From NCBI RefSeq assembly GCF_006345805.1, contig NC_043007.1:32116001-32180000 (forward strand): a stretch of DNA of 64,000 nucleotides. The letters run 5' to 3'. The position numbers and the translations under genes were made by a program. The notes under the pieces were generated by a model. The model did no database searches. It saw nothing but the letters and a program-made list of their open reading frames with translations, and was not told the DNA's origin. The stretch comes from Octopus sinensis (lineage: Eukaryota). The first letter of the stretch is position 1. Every line of letters begins with the position of its first letter. Shown here one piece after another: positions 36,571 to 49,938 of the stretch.

Positions 36571-37229
36571 GTAAGCGATTCATTTTCTGAAAAACAAGAA
36601 TTCTTTCTCTAACTCAAATTCCTAATTAATGTCAACACACGAAATATTTTGATACATAAAATAATGTTACTCTGTGTGTGTGTGTGTGTGTGTATGTGTG
36701 TTAAACAATAAATTAATGAGTCTTTTTAACATCAGTCAAATGAAAATATTGTCTGGAATTGGATGAAATAACGATAGGAGATCTGGACAAGACTAGAAAC
36801 AACACCTGTCTATTGTAATCTCCCGATTGGAGGTGCAATGGCCCAGTGGTTAGGGTAGTGGACTTGCGGTCGGAGGATCACAGTTTCGATTCCAAGACCA
36901 GGCGTTGTGTGTGTTTATTGCGTGAAAACACCTAAAGTTCCACGAGGCTCCAGCAGGGGGTGGCAGCGACCCCTGTTGTACTCTTTCGCCCCAACTTTCT
37001 CTCACTCTTTCTTCCTGTTTGTTGTGTAACGCTGCGATGGACTGGCATCCCGTCCAGCTGGGGGGAACACATACGCCATAGAAACCGGGAAACTGGGCCC
37101 ATGAGCCTGGCTAGGCTTGAAAAGGGCACATAAATAAATAAATAAAATCTCCCAGTTAGGGTCTGGGATATTTTGGCAATTTTTAGTTGGCGTTGCTGAC
37201 TCAATACTGCCTTAAATAATGTTTTAATA

Positions 37230-37356
<127 letters not shown>

Positions 37357-38306
37357 GTATTAAGTACTGTTAATGGTAGTGACACGAAATAAGAAGCTGC
37401 CTGGTATATACTGCAAACGGTTGATTTTAGAAACTCTGCCAAAGTTGATACTGGGGCCCAATGCAGTCCTTTGGCCAGCATGGAACATATACATTAAATG
37501 TCCTTCTTCATTTAACTGATGTTTTTAGTTATTTAAACATCTCACCAATTTTCATGTTATAAAAACTTAGATGAGAGAAATATTAAAATATAAATAAGTT
37601 AATTTCATAAATCTTGCAGGAATATTTAGCAATAAAGCTCGGATCACTATATCCAAGGCAAAAAAAACAAAAAACCAATCCAAGAATATGATTACAATTT
37701 GCTAGAATATTACCTATGTCATCAAAAAAAATCTGACCACTCAAGACTTTGTGTGGAATCTAACAATTGCATCTTTGGCACACTTTTTTTGAGTAAGACC
37801 ACCAATATATATTCAGCGCATTTTAAGGGTGGCGAGTTGGCAGAAACGTTAGCACGCCGGGTGAAATACGTAGCCGTATTCCGTCTGCCGTTACGTTCTG
37901 AGTTCAAATTCCACCAAGGTCAACTTTGCTTTTCATCCTTTCGGGGTTGATAAATGAAGTACCAGTTACGCACTGGAGTCGATGTAATCAACTTTATTCG
38001 TTTGTCTGTCTTTGTTTGTCCCCTCTATGTTCAGCCCCTTGTGGTTAGTAAAAAACAAATATTCAGCGCATTTTAGCCACTATGGACAGATGGCAGACAG
38101 TAGCACAACCAGCAGCGGACCAGAACACTGTAACAACACAAAAACAATGGACGGTAACAACAGCAATAGACAATGATCAGTTAACATCAAGAAACTCACA
38201 ACAGTGGCTACTGTCATACCTGGTCCTAGAACAATAAGCTTCAAACTATCTCAGTGTTCATTGTTCATTGTAATGACATTTTTTTGTTTATAATAAAAAT
38301 AGATAA

Positions 38307-38673
38307 TCTCTCTATATATAAACGGCAAAATGTCTGTCTGTGTGTGTGTCCTTTATACAAATCTACAATTTTTCAGTTAGAGGGCTCGCACTTTCTATGG
38401 TCATTCAAAACCATCCAAAGGTGGTCGTGCACATCTTTACATTTCCCCAGTCACCCTGCAAAGCCATTAAAAATCAATAGAAGTGTCTTTTTTGTGAATT
38501 TTCTATCCAAAACTCAATCAAAATGCCCGAAACTTGATACGCCATTTGAATGCCAGCTAGCTGTATGTGATTGGTCGGAGATTTGGACAGTACTCGCATG
38601 TATGTGCGCACGCACGCAGCTGTATATGCATGCACTAGCACTATGACCTGGCAACACCAGGTCATAGTGCTAG
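38307..38673 (+). mobile_element. Non-autonomous Helitron-like element
   Basis: A|TC...CTAG|T boundaries, TCTCTCTATATATAAA start, 3' hairpin; related 5' ends near 9177 and 44925. Confidence 0.7.
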
Positions 38674-38749
38674 TCTTTTATTAAAAATCCCAGACAAACT
38701 GCTGTATTCATTATTGTAACATAATTATTACTTTGATTCTAAATTATAG

Positions 38750-38852
38750 AAAATGTTGGAAGTACCATATTTTACCAAGGAGCAAAAAGAGATTCCTTCT
38801 TTGTGTATTAACCATAACAAATTCATGGTCACAGACACTGATGCCTTTATTG
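38750..38852 (+). CDS. PLD3: PLD3-like paralog B exon 8 with second HKD motif
   Basis: attatAG / GTAAG; KMLEVPYFTKEQKEIPSLCINHNKFMVTDTDAFI; 103 nt. Confidence 0.94.
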
Positions 38853-39561
38853 GTAAGATATCTTTTCAAACTTTTATCTTTCAGTTTTGTCTTTTACTTG
38901 TTTCAAACATTGGACTGGGGCACCACCGAGAAGGTTTTAGCTGAGCAAATCAACACACGCCAGATGTCAAGCAGTGGTACTCGACAACAAATGATATAAG
39001 TAAAAGTTTGTATCATTTGCTCCTTATATATGTTTCACCATTGTGACTGGTGAAATGTATGCAGGGAACACATTATATACACTTGTGTTTAGCATAATTT
39101 CTCTCCAATATTTGCTCTGCATATCACAAGCCAGCACGATACAGAAAGCAGACTGGTTTATGGTAATCTACATACAGCCGTAATCTCAACAATAGTTATA
39201 TATCTACATGTATGTATAAATGTGTGTGTATGTGTATGCATGTATATGTATATGTGTATGTGTGTGTATACATATATGTGTATACATATGTATTATCATC
39301 CATCCAAGATGTTGCCGTTACATTCTGAGTTCAAATTCCGCCAAGGTCGACTTTGTCTTTCACCCTTTCGAGGTAGATAAATTAAGTACCAGTTATGCAC
39401 TGGGGTCGATGTAATCGACTTAATCCGTTTGTCTGTCCTTGTTTGTCCCCTCTGTGTTTAGCCCCTTGTGGGTAAGTAAAGAAATAGGTATGTGCTTCAG
39501 CAAACATTCCATTTACTGTTTACATAAAAATAATTAATTATAAATCTTTATCTTGTTTCAG

Positions 39562-39737
39562 GGACATCTAGTTGGAGTGGGGATTACTTTACACCTGCTG
39601 TGGGCCTCGGATTGGTTGTCAGATCAACAAAAGCACAAAAACATAATTTCCACCATCAACTGGAAGCAGTCTTTCAAAGAGACTGGAACTCTAAATATTC
39701 ACATAACCTAGAAGATATTGATCCTACTAAAGTCTAA
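39562..39737 (+). CDS. PLD3: PLD3-like paralog B exon 9 (last)
   Basis: tttcAG acceptor; GTSSWSGDYFTPAVGLGLVV...LEAVFQRDWNSKYSHNLEDIDPTKV, stop TAA at 39735-39737; summed CDS is 1308 nt = 435 aa + stop. Confidence 0.94.
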
Positions 39738-39929
39738 AACAACTTCTAAAATTTTCTTTACGAATTTGAGTTTACTAACCTCTTGTTAACCACTGCTGCC
39801 TGTGCTGTTACTGTGCGTATTTCTGAGGTGGTTTCTTTTTTGTACCAGTGTACGATGGGTGAATCAAACTCTTTGCTTTGTTTTCATGTTATTTTATCTA
39901 TATGGAGAGTAACTGCAGATGGATGAGTA

Positions 39930-39935
39930 AATAAA
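39930..39935 (+). terminator. Candidate polyadenylation signal of paralog B
   Basis: First AATAAA, about 190 nt after the stop. Confidence 0.35.
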
Positions 39936-42215
39936 GTATTGGACAACCAGCTGCAGTAGTTCTCAGCTAGGGTCCGTATGACCCCTTGTGGTCCCTAAGC
40001 CAAATAGCATATTGGGTCCGTGAAAAAGATTTTGCTTCAGTTGTATTTATTGCAAAAAACAGTTAAGTAGTACTTTACATGATTCATCCTACAAAAGGGA
40101 ATGTTTGATAGGGAAAATAGGAATTTTGAAAGAAAGATCTACAAAACTAGATTTTCAAACATCGGAAGGCTTTTGGGGTCCACCAGAATAAAATGGTAAT
40201 CAAAGGTGTCTTGAGATAAAAAAAATAGTTAAGAACCACTGAGCTAAAGGGTTACAAATGCTATACATATGCTCATAGCCAAGACTCTTCACTTTCAGTG
40301 ATCTAATTCTTATGGCTTGTATGTAGGGACCATCAGGTGGACTGGTTAACCACTAGAAGCAACAGCACACAGGTAAATTTGAATCATGCTTCACTAACTT
40401 GCAATTCTGAAAGGGAGGTGGATTTTTTTTGTTTGTTCATTTTTCATTGTTTTTTTGCTGATAAAATTGCTAGCAATATGACCCTATTTGCAATTATAAT
40501 GATAATGAAATTATTGTATGCAGTGCTCAGGTGCACCACAACTTGTCAAAAGTGCGTATAAAGCATATGCAGTAATGTACAAATGTTTGGAAAGTGAGCA
40601 GTGTATGAGTCAGATACATGCTTGAGTGTGTTTGGAGGGGAGAAAAATCAGGTGTAGTATTGGCGAATCTCAGGAAGCATGGAAGTTTTGAAGGATGCAG
40701 TGCTCCGACAACTAACAACTGATGCCGGCAGTTTGTTCCATGCTTCAGCAACTCTTAGCGTGAAAAAATGTTTCCGAAAGTCATGGAAGGAGCTGTGCTG
40801 TTTTCTGACTTTGTAAACATGTCAACATCACTAAAAAAATTAAAACATGTAGCTATACAACATAAATCAGTATACTCTTTCAGTATTTTAGTAAAAGTAT
40901 CTTCATTCTTTTACAAATTTATATATCTTCCAAGCTGTGATGGATCTCATGAACCATTTATATTATTCAGTTATAATGCTGGCTATATTTAGAGATAAAT
41001 TCTTTTATAGAATTATATATTTTATACGCACTGTGATCTATATAAATATCCTCAACCTAATTACCAAATCTCCATTACCCTAATTACTCTGGTGATATAT
41101 AATCTCAGTGAGAAAAACATATGGTTGTAACTTCTTCCTGAAACTGAATGTGATTCAACTGGATTGAAATAACAACCCTCAAGTTATAATCCCATGAGAG
41201 AATTTGCAGGTCTAAGTTGTTAGACCTGCATGTTCCCTCAAGGGATTATAACCACAAAAATTATTTTAAAGCAAGGCTAGAAATTTATTTGTTTGGAGAA
41301 TTAGTATTTCCTGTGTTATGTTAAATAATTATTATATCTAGAGTATATTTAACCCTTTCGTTACCAACCCAGCTGAAACCGGCTCTGGCTCTGAGTACAA
41401 ATGTCTTATTTTCATAAGTTTTGAATTAAAATCTTCCACCATACCTTAGTCACAATTTATGTTCTAACATTAGCTTAATGATAACTAAGTTATTTTACTA
41501 AATTCTTAGTTATATTTAAAATTAATTGAAAGAAACACAGATCATCTCAAAATAAATATGGTAATGAATGGGTTAATGATAATTTAATCAGTTTAATCAG
41601 TAAAGCTAACTCAAATATTACAACATAGTTGCCCTTATGAAAATGAGATTAAATTTCACTAAAATTAACATAGATATAAACCAGATGCTCAGGTGCAGCA
41701 CAGAATTTTGTCAGTGAACAGGTCGCGGTCTCAAAGCGTCGAAAATATTTTGACAAATTTAATTTAATTGTTGAAGTGAATCTAACAGTTTTTGTGTGTT
41801 TCTTAAATGGCTTATAAACACCTTCCACGCTGCAATAGTTTTCGTTCCAGCACATGATCTCAGATCAGGTCACTTGCTATGCAAGTACATCTCCATAAAA
41901 CTTATATATAGTATTTTGTATATTGGGGGTGATGAATTTTTGTCTAAACATGTAGCTGGTTATGAGTACACATCATTAAAGACCCGAAAAGGCTAAAATG
42001 CACCAAGCATTTTTGCTGGTCGCTGCTGAGGTGCTCTTTTGTTTTCCTATGATATTGTTTTTAACATACATCTGTTATAAAGATTGCAATTATTGTGTCT
42101 ACAGTTATTGAAAATCTATGTGATATCTCTATATGTGTATTTTATATATAAATTTTATTATTATTACATAGAATTTTAAATTTTGGCTTCGAATTATATT
42201 AAAAAAACATATACA

Positions 42216-42254
<39 letters not shown>

Positions 42255-43469
42255 TCATCATCATTTAACGTCCGCTTTCCATGCTAGCATGGGTTATATA
42301 TATATATGTATTCTTTTATTTGTTTCAGTCATTTGGCTATGGCCATGCTGAAGCACTGCCTTTAGTTGAACAAATCAGCCCCAGGACTTATTTTTTGTAA
42401 GCCTAGTACTTATTTTATCAGTCTCTTTTTGCCGACTTGCTAAGTTACGGTGATATAAGCACACCAGTATCGGTTGTCAAGCAATGGTGGGGAGACACAC
42501 ACACACACATACATGACGGGCTTTTTTCAGTTTCCATCTACCAAATCCACTCACAAGGCTTTGGTTGGCCTGAGGCTATAGTAGAAGACACTTTGCCCAG
42601 GGTGCCGTGCAGTAGAACTGAACCCAGAACCATGTGGTTGGTAAGTAAGCTACTTACCACACAGCCACTCCTTATATATATATAAGCTCTACTTCGTGTA
42701 TTGAGTGTTATTTGTAATTCCAAACCTATACATTGGGGTGGGGCTAATCATGTAGTATTAACATGCTTTGCAAAGGTGTATGACCTGGTGGTTAGAGTGT
42801 TGTACTCACAATTGCAACAGCATGGTTTCAATTCCTGGACCATGCAATACATTGTGTTAGTGAGCAAAACAATAAGACAGCAGACTTGCAGAACTGTTAG
42901 CATGCCAGACAAATTGCTTAGCAGAATTTGATTTGCCCTCTGAGTTAAAATGCTACTGAGGTCAACTTTGCCTTTCATCCTTTCGAGGTTGATAAATTAA
43001 GTACCAGTTGAGTGCTGGGGTCAATGTATTTGACTTACACATCCACCCCATCACCCCTCAAAATTGCTTTACATGTGCCATGATTTGAAACCATTATTAA
43101 AGGAATATATTTTAGTAGCGAAGATCAAATGCCGTCAAGGTCAGCTTTGCCTTTTATCCTTTTGGAGTTGATAAAATAAGTACCAGTTGAGTGCTGGGGG
43201 TCAATGTAATTGACTTATACAAAGCAAAACTTAAAATGCAACTAGACCACCCTAACACAAACCAATTACCACAACTGTTTCATGGTTTCATTGCTCAAGA
43301 AATCTGGTCAAGAATCTGTGTAAATTGTCACCATTTTATATTTTTAATTTAGTAGGGTCAATTGGGCAATGTCTGTGAGAAAAACAGCACCATGATGCAA
43401 TTCACTCTACCAGAAATTTGGAAATGACATGCTGTGCTGCTTGGCATTCGTGCCAGAAACTCCAATACG

Positions 43470-44130
43470 AACATTTCAGAGTATTTGGGTGTCAATCTGA
43501 GGACAGTGAAATCTGAGAACATGTACTGAGAGTGATAAGAATCAAAAATCCAGTCAACATCATGTGTTTGCAGTGATCACTAGTGATGGCAATGTTATGC
43601 CTCCATTCATCTTCCACATGGCCTCAGATTCAACACGGTGGCCTACATCAAGTGCCTGGAGGTGGTAGTGTTGCCCTGGGTCAAAAGGGTGGCTGCTGGA
43701 AGACCCTATGTCTAGCAGCAGGGCTCTGCACCATGCACGCAAGCAGGAGAACCCAGTCATGGCTGTCAGACAATTTCTGCAACCACATCACCCCTAACAT
43801 CTGGCCACCTAACTCCCCAAACTGCAACCCCCTTGATTATTATGTGTTGGATGAGTTGAGTAAGAGGCCAACAGAACTCTTTATAATACCAAAGATGAAA
43901 TGAAGACAAGGATTATGGCAGCATTCACCAACTTAAACATGGTGATCGTCCAGAAGAGTTGCAGGAGATTCTGAAGTCATCTGGAGGCCATTGAAGCCAA
44001 TGGTGATTTTATTGAATAAATTTATTCTTTGGAATTTCAAGATATTTTGGTAAATATATCTGTTAAAATGAGATGTCAGTATTATTTTCATTTTTGTGTA
44101 ATTTAGACGACAGTTTATTCACCACACCCT
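43470..44130 (+). mobile_element. Tc1/mariner-superfamily transposase relic (DDE region); shorter copy at about 30100-30330
   Basis: VFAVITSDG.VMPPFIF...RRTQSWLSDNFCNHITPNIWPPNSPNCNPLDYYV...EANGDFIE*, frameshifted. Confidence 0.8.
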
Positions 44131-44334
44131 GTATATATATATGTGAAAAAAGTTCTGCATGATGCCTAGAAATGATCTAGATAGAAATTCCATTCAGGGC
44201 ACTCAGTGTGAGCAATGAACAAACAAGAAACGCAATGGAATCAAGGAAGGTTAACAGAGAAAATAGATTTTGTATGAGGCAGAGATGTAGGAGCAATGTA
44301 TACTAAGAACACATAGGAAATAGATTTTCTTGAA

Positions 44335-44580
44335 TGCCCAGGAAGTTCCCTAGAGGTAGTAGATGGTTTCTGTTACTTGGGTGACCTAATTAGTAGTGGA
44401 AGAGGATGTTCTGAAGATATAGTTTCTAGAATAAGAACAGGATGGAGAAAGTTCAAAGTGTTATTATCTCTGTTGGAAACAAATTGTCTCTCTCTCTCAG
44501 AGTAAAGGACAGATTGTAAGATGCTTGTACCCAAGCAGCAATGCTATGTAGTAATGAGATAAGGGCTCTGAATGTAGGGA
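44335..44580 (+). mobile_element. Decayed RTE LINE RT fragment
   Basis: LEVVDGFCYLGDLISSGRGCSEDIVSRIRTGWRKFK, with later frameshifts and stops. Confidence 0.75.
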
Positions 44581-45013
44581 ACCTGCTTCCACACTGTTTC
44601 CATCAAATTCACTCACAAGGAATTGGTCAGCCTGGAGCTATTGTAGAAGACACTTGTCCATGGTACTTTGCAATGGGACTGAACCTGAAACCACATGGGT
44701 GAAAAGTAAGCTTCTTAAGTATACATTCACGCCTGTTCTTATAAGCAAAGGATGTGCCAGAAGAGGGACGTAAAGCCACAACCCTCAGGAATTAACACAG
44801 TCTGCTCACTGAGCTATGTTAATTTTTTCTTTTTTTTTGTGGTGGTGAATGTCAAGAATTATCTGTTTTGTTCCAGTCATTTTCCCTTTCACTGTTTTTG
44901 ACTCGGGTTCCATTTATATTTAATCTCTCTATATATAAAACTGAAGTTGTCTCTGTATAGCAGGTTTGGTAGCCTTCAACTAACACTATCTCCTCCTTGA
45001 CCCTGCGGCGCAA

Positions 45014-45457
45014 GTTCCTAATCGTGAAATTTCAGAAAAAAGTTCTCATGAATTAAATGTGTACAGAAAGATCATTCTTAGTTGAAAGACATGAAATCCT
45101 GACCAAAGTTCTGTGCAAGAATCCAGAAAATACTTTCTAAATTTTATTGTGTCTGGGGAGAGTCATTCTCTTTTAGTGCCTTAATATTTAACACACTCAT
45201 TGGTTTGATTTCCATTCATTTACTTGAAAATTTTAGCAAAAAGAAATAAGTGAGTGGAAATCAAACCAGTGTGTGTGTGTTAAATAATAAGACACTAAAA
45301 GAGAATGACTCTGTCCAGACACAATAAAATTTGGAAAGTATTTTCTGGATTCTTGCACAGACTTTTGGTCAGGATTTCATGTCTTTCAACTTAGAATGGT
45401 CTTTCTGTACACATTTAATTCATGAGAACTTTTTTCTGAAATTTCACGATTAGGAAC
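45014..45457. mobile_element. Foldback-type element, ~205-bp inverted arms with a short loop
   Basis: gttcctaatcgtgaaatttcagaaaaaagttctc... mirrored by ...gagaacttttttctgaaatttcacgattaggaac. Confidence 0.85.
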
Positions 45458-47449
45458 CCACAGTATACAGATGCATACACAATTAGTATGAACTACATTA
45501 AAAATTCCTGGATATATATATAAGCCATATATGTTGCTGTATATTATAATACTGGAGGAGCCACATTCTTTTATACTTCATCAATAGCTTAACAATTAAT
45601 ACCATTCCAACATGGAAGGCACAATCATCTGTTTGTTAGAAAAAAGCCACATTCCTCTGATTCTATATTTCAATGAATTCAGTCAGAAACTGGTACCCAC
45701 TGCAGACGGTAATACCAACAAATGAACGAATCTAAACTTTTTGGTACTTAATCTTCTCATTTACAATTTGTCCCACAGAAACAGGGTCTCTTAGGTTTAT
45801 TCCTGAATCTTTTAGGTGGAGAATGGTCTTAATCTGTTTTCCCTTACACATCTCTAATGCTTAGGTACCAGTAATTCAAGAGGAATTTCTTTCCATTTCC
45901 ACTTTTTTTTTTAATGGGATATCAAGCATTATTGAAGGTTTTCTCTTGATTCTCATGATTTTCTTTCTTGAATAATTTTCCAGCAGGGCTCAATAAGGGC
46001 TCTTTTGTGCACTTAACATTCCTGGAACTGAAGGCACGAAGGCAGAAGTTCCTATAGCAACTTTGAATAGCCCATTTGATTCATATGGCTGTACTAGCGT
46101 AACTGCTATTTCTGAAATAATTCAGAAATGGTTGACTGGTCAAAGCTAATTTGTCAAAGAACATTCTGCAGATAGGCAAAAAATACAATGTGAAAAAAAA
46201 CAAACAAACAAAGGAAAAACAACTGGTGTGGCTGTGTAGTAAGAAGTTTGCTTCTTAACGACATGGTTCCGGGTTCAGTCCCACTGTGTGGCATCTTGGA
46301 TAGGTGTCTTCAACTACAACCTCAGGCAATATATAGGTGTAGGAGTGGCTATGTGGTAAGTAGCTTGCTTATGAACCACATGGTTCCGGGTTCAGTCCCA
46401 CCGCGTGGCACCTTGGGCAAGTGTCTTCTATTATAGCCTCGGGCCGACCAAAGCCTTGTGAGTGGATTTGGTAGATGGAAACTGAAAGAAACCTGTCGTA
46501 TATATGTATATATATATGTGTGTGTATGTGTTTGTGTGTCTGTTTGTCCCTCCAACATCGCTTGGTAACCAATGGTGTGTTTACGTCCCCATAACTTAGT
46601 AGTTCAGCAAAAGAGACCAATAGAATAAGTACTAGGCTTACAAAGAATAAGTCCCGGGGTCGATTTGCTTGACTAAAGGCGGTGCTCCAGCATGGCCGCA
46701 GTCAAATAACCGAAACAAGTAAAAGAGTGATGATGATGATATATATATATATATATAAAAGATGCTGGTGCCACATAAAAAGCACCCATGCGTTAGTGCT
46801 GTGTAAACACACCCATGCTAGTAGTGCATGAGCACACCCATGACAGTGGCACATAATACGCACCCACCATACTACATTAAGTTGTTGGCGTTAGGAAGGG
46901 CATCTAGCTGTAGAAACCCTGCCAAAACAGACAACTGGAGTCTGGCCAGCTCCATGGCAAACCGTCCAACCCATGCCAGCATAGAAAAAAAGAGACGTTA
47001 AACGATGACGATGATGATGGTGATAGTGGTGGTAGTGATGGTGATGATGATGATGATGATATCAATAAAAGAAAACTCAAACTTATTGGTTTCAGTAAAA
47101 ATTATTTGCATAAGTGCTTCTGTAGTGACTGGAGAACATTGGTAAGCATTAATTTTATCATGAAACGACAAACCAATTCAAAAAGTCCATTCAAAGCATT
47201 ATGTTTGAAATGTATTTAAAAACTAGCATAAAATGAACAATGAAAAAAGATAACAGGTGTTAATAAAGAATGATAGGTTTCAATTTTTTGTTTTTCATTT
47301 AACAGAAATTGTAAATGATTTTTTTTTTTTTTAACCTTAGAAAAAATTTTATTTCTTATCCATTCATAAGTACAGAACAACACACAATTAAAGACTTTGT
47401 ATTCCTCAATATTCAAAGCTGATTGAATTTTCCTGAAATTATTTTGGGT

Positions 47450-49500
47450 TGGAGACTTCTGTAGCCTCGTTTTCGACCTCTGCTTCAAAATCTTCGCCAA
47501 AAATTCTTCATTTCTGACAAGTTTTTTGCAGAATAATAATCTGGCGATTTGCTCGTGTAATATATTTGTTTTATTTGTAAAACAAAGCCTATTACTTTGT
47601 TTAATCTTATTTAGTCTTCATCAACGACTTCTCGTCGTAATGGATATCTGATACAGAAAATATTTATGAATTAAATCTGGACAAAATGTCTTTATGTAAA
47701 GAATTTAATGTTCTTAATAACGGTTAAGCACGCATAGAAATATTTTATTCGCTTTAATTCTAACGAATTTCAGATCGTTACGTATTTTTTTATTTCGCTT
47801 ATCAAGTTAGTGTAGAAACGTATCTGTATTTATAAACACACCATAAGAGTGTTTGTTTTTTAGTATTATTTTCTCTTCTCATTAAACGATGTCTTTTATT
47901 CTTTTCGTTGCACATGGCTAAACACAGAAGCAAATAAAATTTTGCATATTTATGTTAAGTGATAAATAAATTTATTTATATAGAACAGAAATTTTAAAGC
48001 TTATAAGTAAAATAAGAAATGCTCCTTCTCTAAGTATATATGAAATAACAATTAAAAATCAGAATGCTATGATTCATTTTAAACATGGAAGCTGAATCAT
48101 GGATGGAATGATAATTACTAATTAATGTCGAAAAATAATTTTTAATCAAATTTAGTCGCTTAGTCATTTGGGTCTGACGCCTCTTATCTCCCCTTGGCTA
48201 TCTTACTGTTTTTTCCTTCCTGTAGATGGCAGTCTACTACTTCCCCCTTTACCTTCATTTTACACTTTGTTCCATTGACATCGTTTTTCTTTAAAACTAC
48301 TTTTCATGAAAAGTGGGTAGAGAGAAAAAAACAGACATTAGAATGTACGGCAGACTCGTTTGCCTGCATGTAGCTCGTTTCAGATCGTGTTTTTGCGAGT
48401 AGCATTATGTTCTTTTGGTTGAAAGAATTATAGACGCAACCGTCAAGGGAAGTAATTTTGTGGTGAATGCTCAACAATGGCCTCGAATGAGCCAAGAGAG
48501 GACTCGTCGTTTTCGGGTTCATTGGAAGCCGACTTAAGCGAACAATGTACAGCTAAAAACAACGACCAGCTCGCTCTTTCCCAGATGAAAAAGGTTAGTG
48601 CAATAAACACATGCATTTTTGTCTCCTTCGCTACTATTTCTAAATCAGCGCTCTACGTTCGATTTTGTTTCGGTGGTTTCAGCTACTTATTGTTTGATCA
48701 AAGCCAACAACAAATTCTTCCTCTTTGCTCAAAACATTTCTCGCATTTCTTTATCAAATCGTGAATTTAATGTCGCTTTGTCGAAGGTGGATGTTTTAAT
48801 TGTAAAATCCATGTTAAATTTAAACCGATTTCTTTAGATTTTGTCTCCAGATCTCGATGGTTGCAGCCAAAATTCCACCCACGCCACTACACTGATGCAC
48901 CTTATTCACCAAATATCATACATTTTCCCCTTTTTTCCTCGCTTGTTTTTGTTGATTTACAAAAAACTACGACACCAAGTTAGAGAAACGAATAAATAAA
49001 CAAGTAAAATCGGTCAATGAAACTCGGAAACAAGCAGGATATATCTATATATATTCCTATCTCCTGCTTCTTTTATTCGTTGACGACATATTAAACCCGC
49101 TCTCGATCATTTTGTTAATTTCTTGCTGGTCGTTTATTTTCTCTGCACGGTTATGGCTTGTCGCTTCTTTATATCTCCATGCCATTGATAACATTTACTG
49201 TGCAAGGCGATCGCTTGGTGATCTCGCTGACAGTCAGGAAATCAACAGTACGAGGGTGGACCCTATTTCTTTTTTTCAAAATATTATGCTTTGTTAGGGA
49301 GACTCTAATCTTGAGTGAAGAGGCGGAGGGGGTCCACCTCAATTAACTGCTTTCGCTGGCGAAAAACCATTAAAATCCACCTCGAAATAATGCAATATTA
49401 AACAATATCTCATCCGGCAGAAGGCGATCTATCGATTATATATTCCCCCACTATCGATTAACCATAAATATATACATATATGTGTTCTTTAATCAATCAT
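47450..49500. promoter_or_regulatory. Repeat-free, locally CpG-enriched island around the candidate first exon of gene 3 (probable promoter)
   Basis: Visibly higher CG dinucleotide density, no SINEs, contains the Kozak ATG exon. Confidence 0.45.
48477..48593 (+). CDS. Candidate first coding exon of gene 3 (unknown large low-complexity protein)
   Basis: Strong Kozak context acaATGG; MASNEPREDSSFSGSLEADLSEQCTAKNNDQLALSQMKK; donor AAG/GTTAGT, phase 0, matching the phase-0 acceptor at 60384; lies in a locally CpG-rich, repeat-poor island. Confidence 0.6.
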
Positions 49501-49898
49501 AGGAACCTCGCACAATGGTTTCTTATTTTATTAGGTTACGTTTTTTTTTTTTCCCCATTTTCTTTTTTCTTATTTTTTTTCCCATTTTTTCTCCCCCAAA
49601 TTATTTCTTTCGTTTCCAGCTTTCAACTAATTTAAATATTATTATTGTTGTTTCTTTCTTTGTTTGTGTAATCGCTGTTCTATTTTTACACAGTAAATAT
49701 TTACCTTTGAAGAAAGAAGTGTTTTTTTTATTTTTTTATTTTTTTCTGTTTCATCTTGTATTTTATATATATATTTGCTGAAATTTCTAATTACAATGGG
49801 ATAATTTTTCTCGGATACAGTTTACTTAGATGAGTGACTCTGTATGTATATATGAATATGAAAAATATGCTTTTTGAAACTACATAGAAGTATGACTG

Positions 49899-49938
<40 letters not shown>

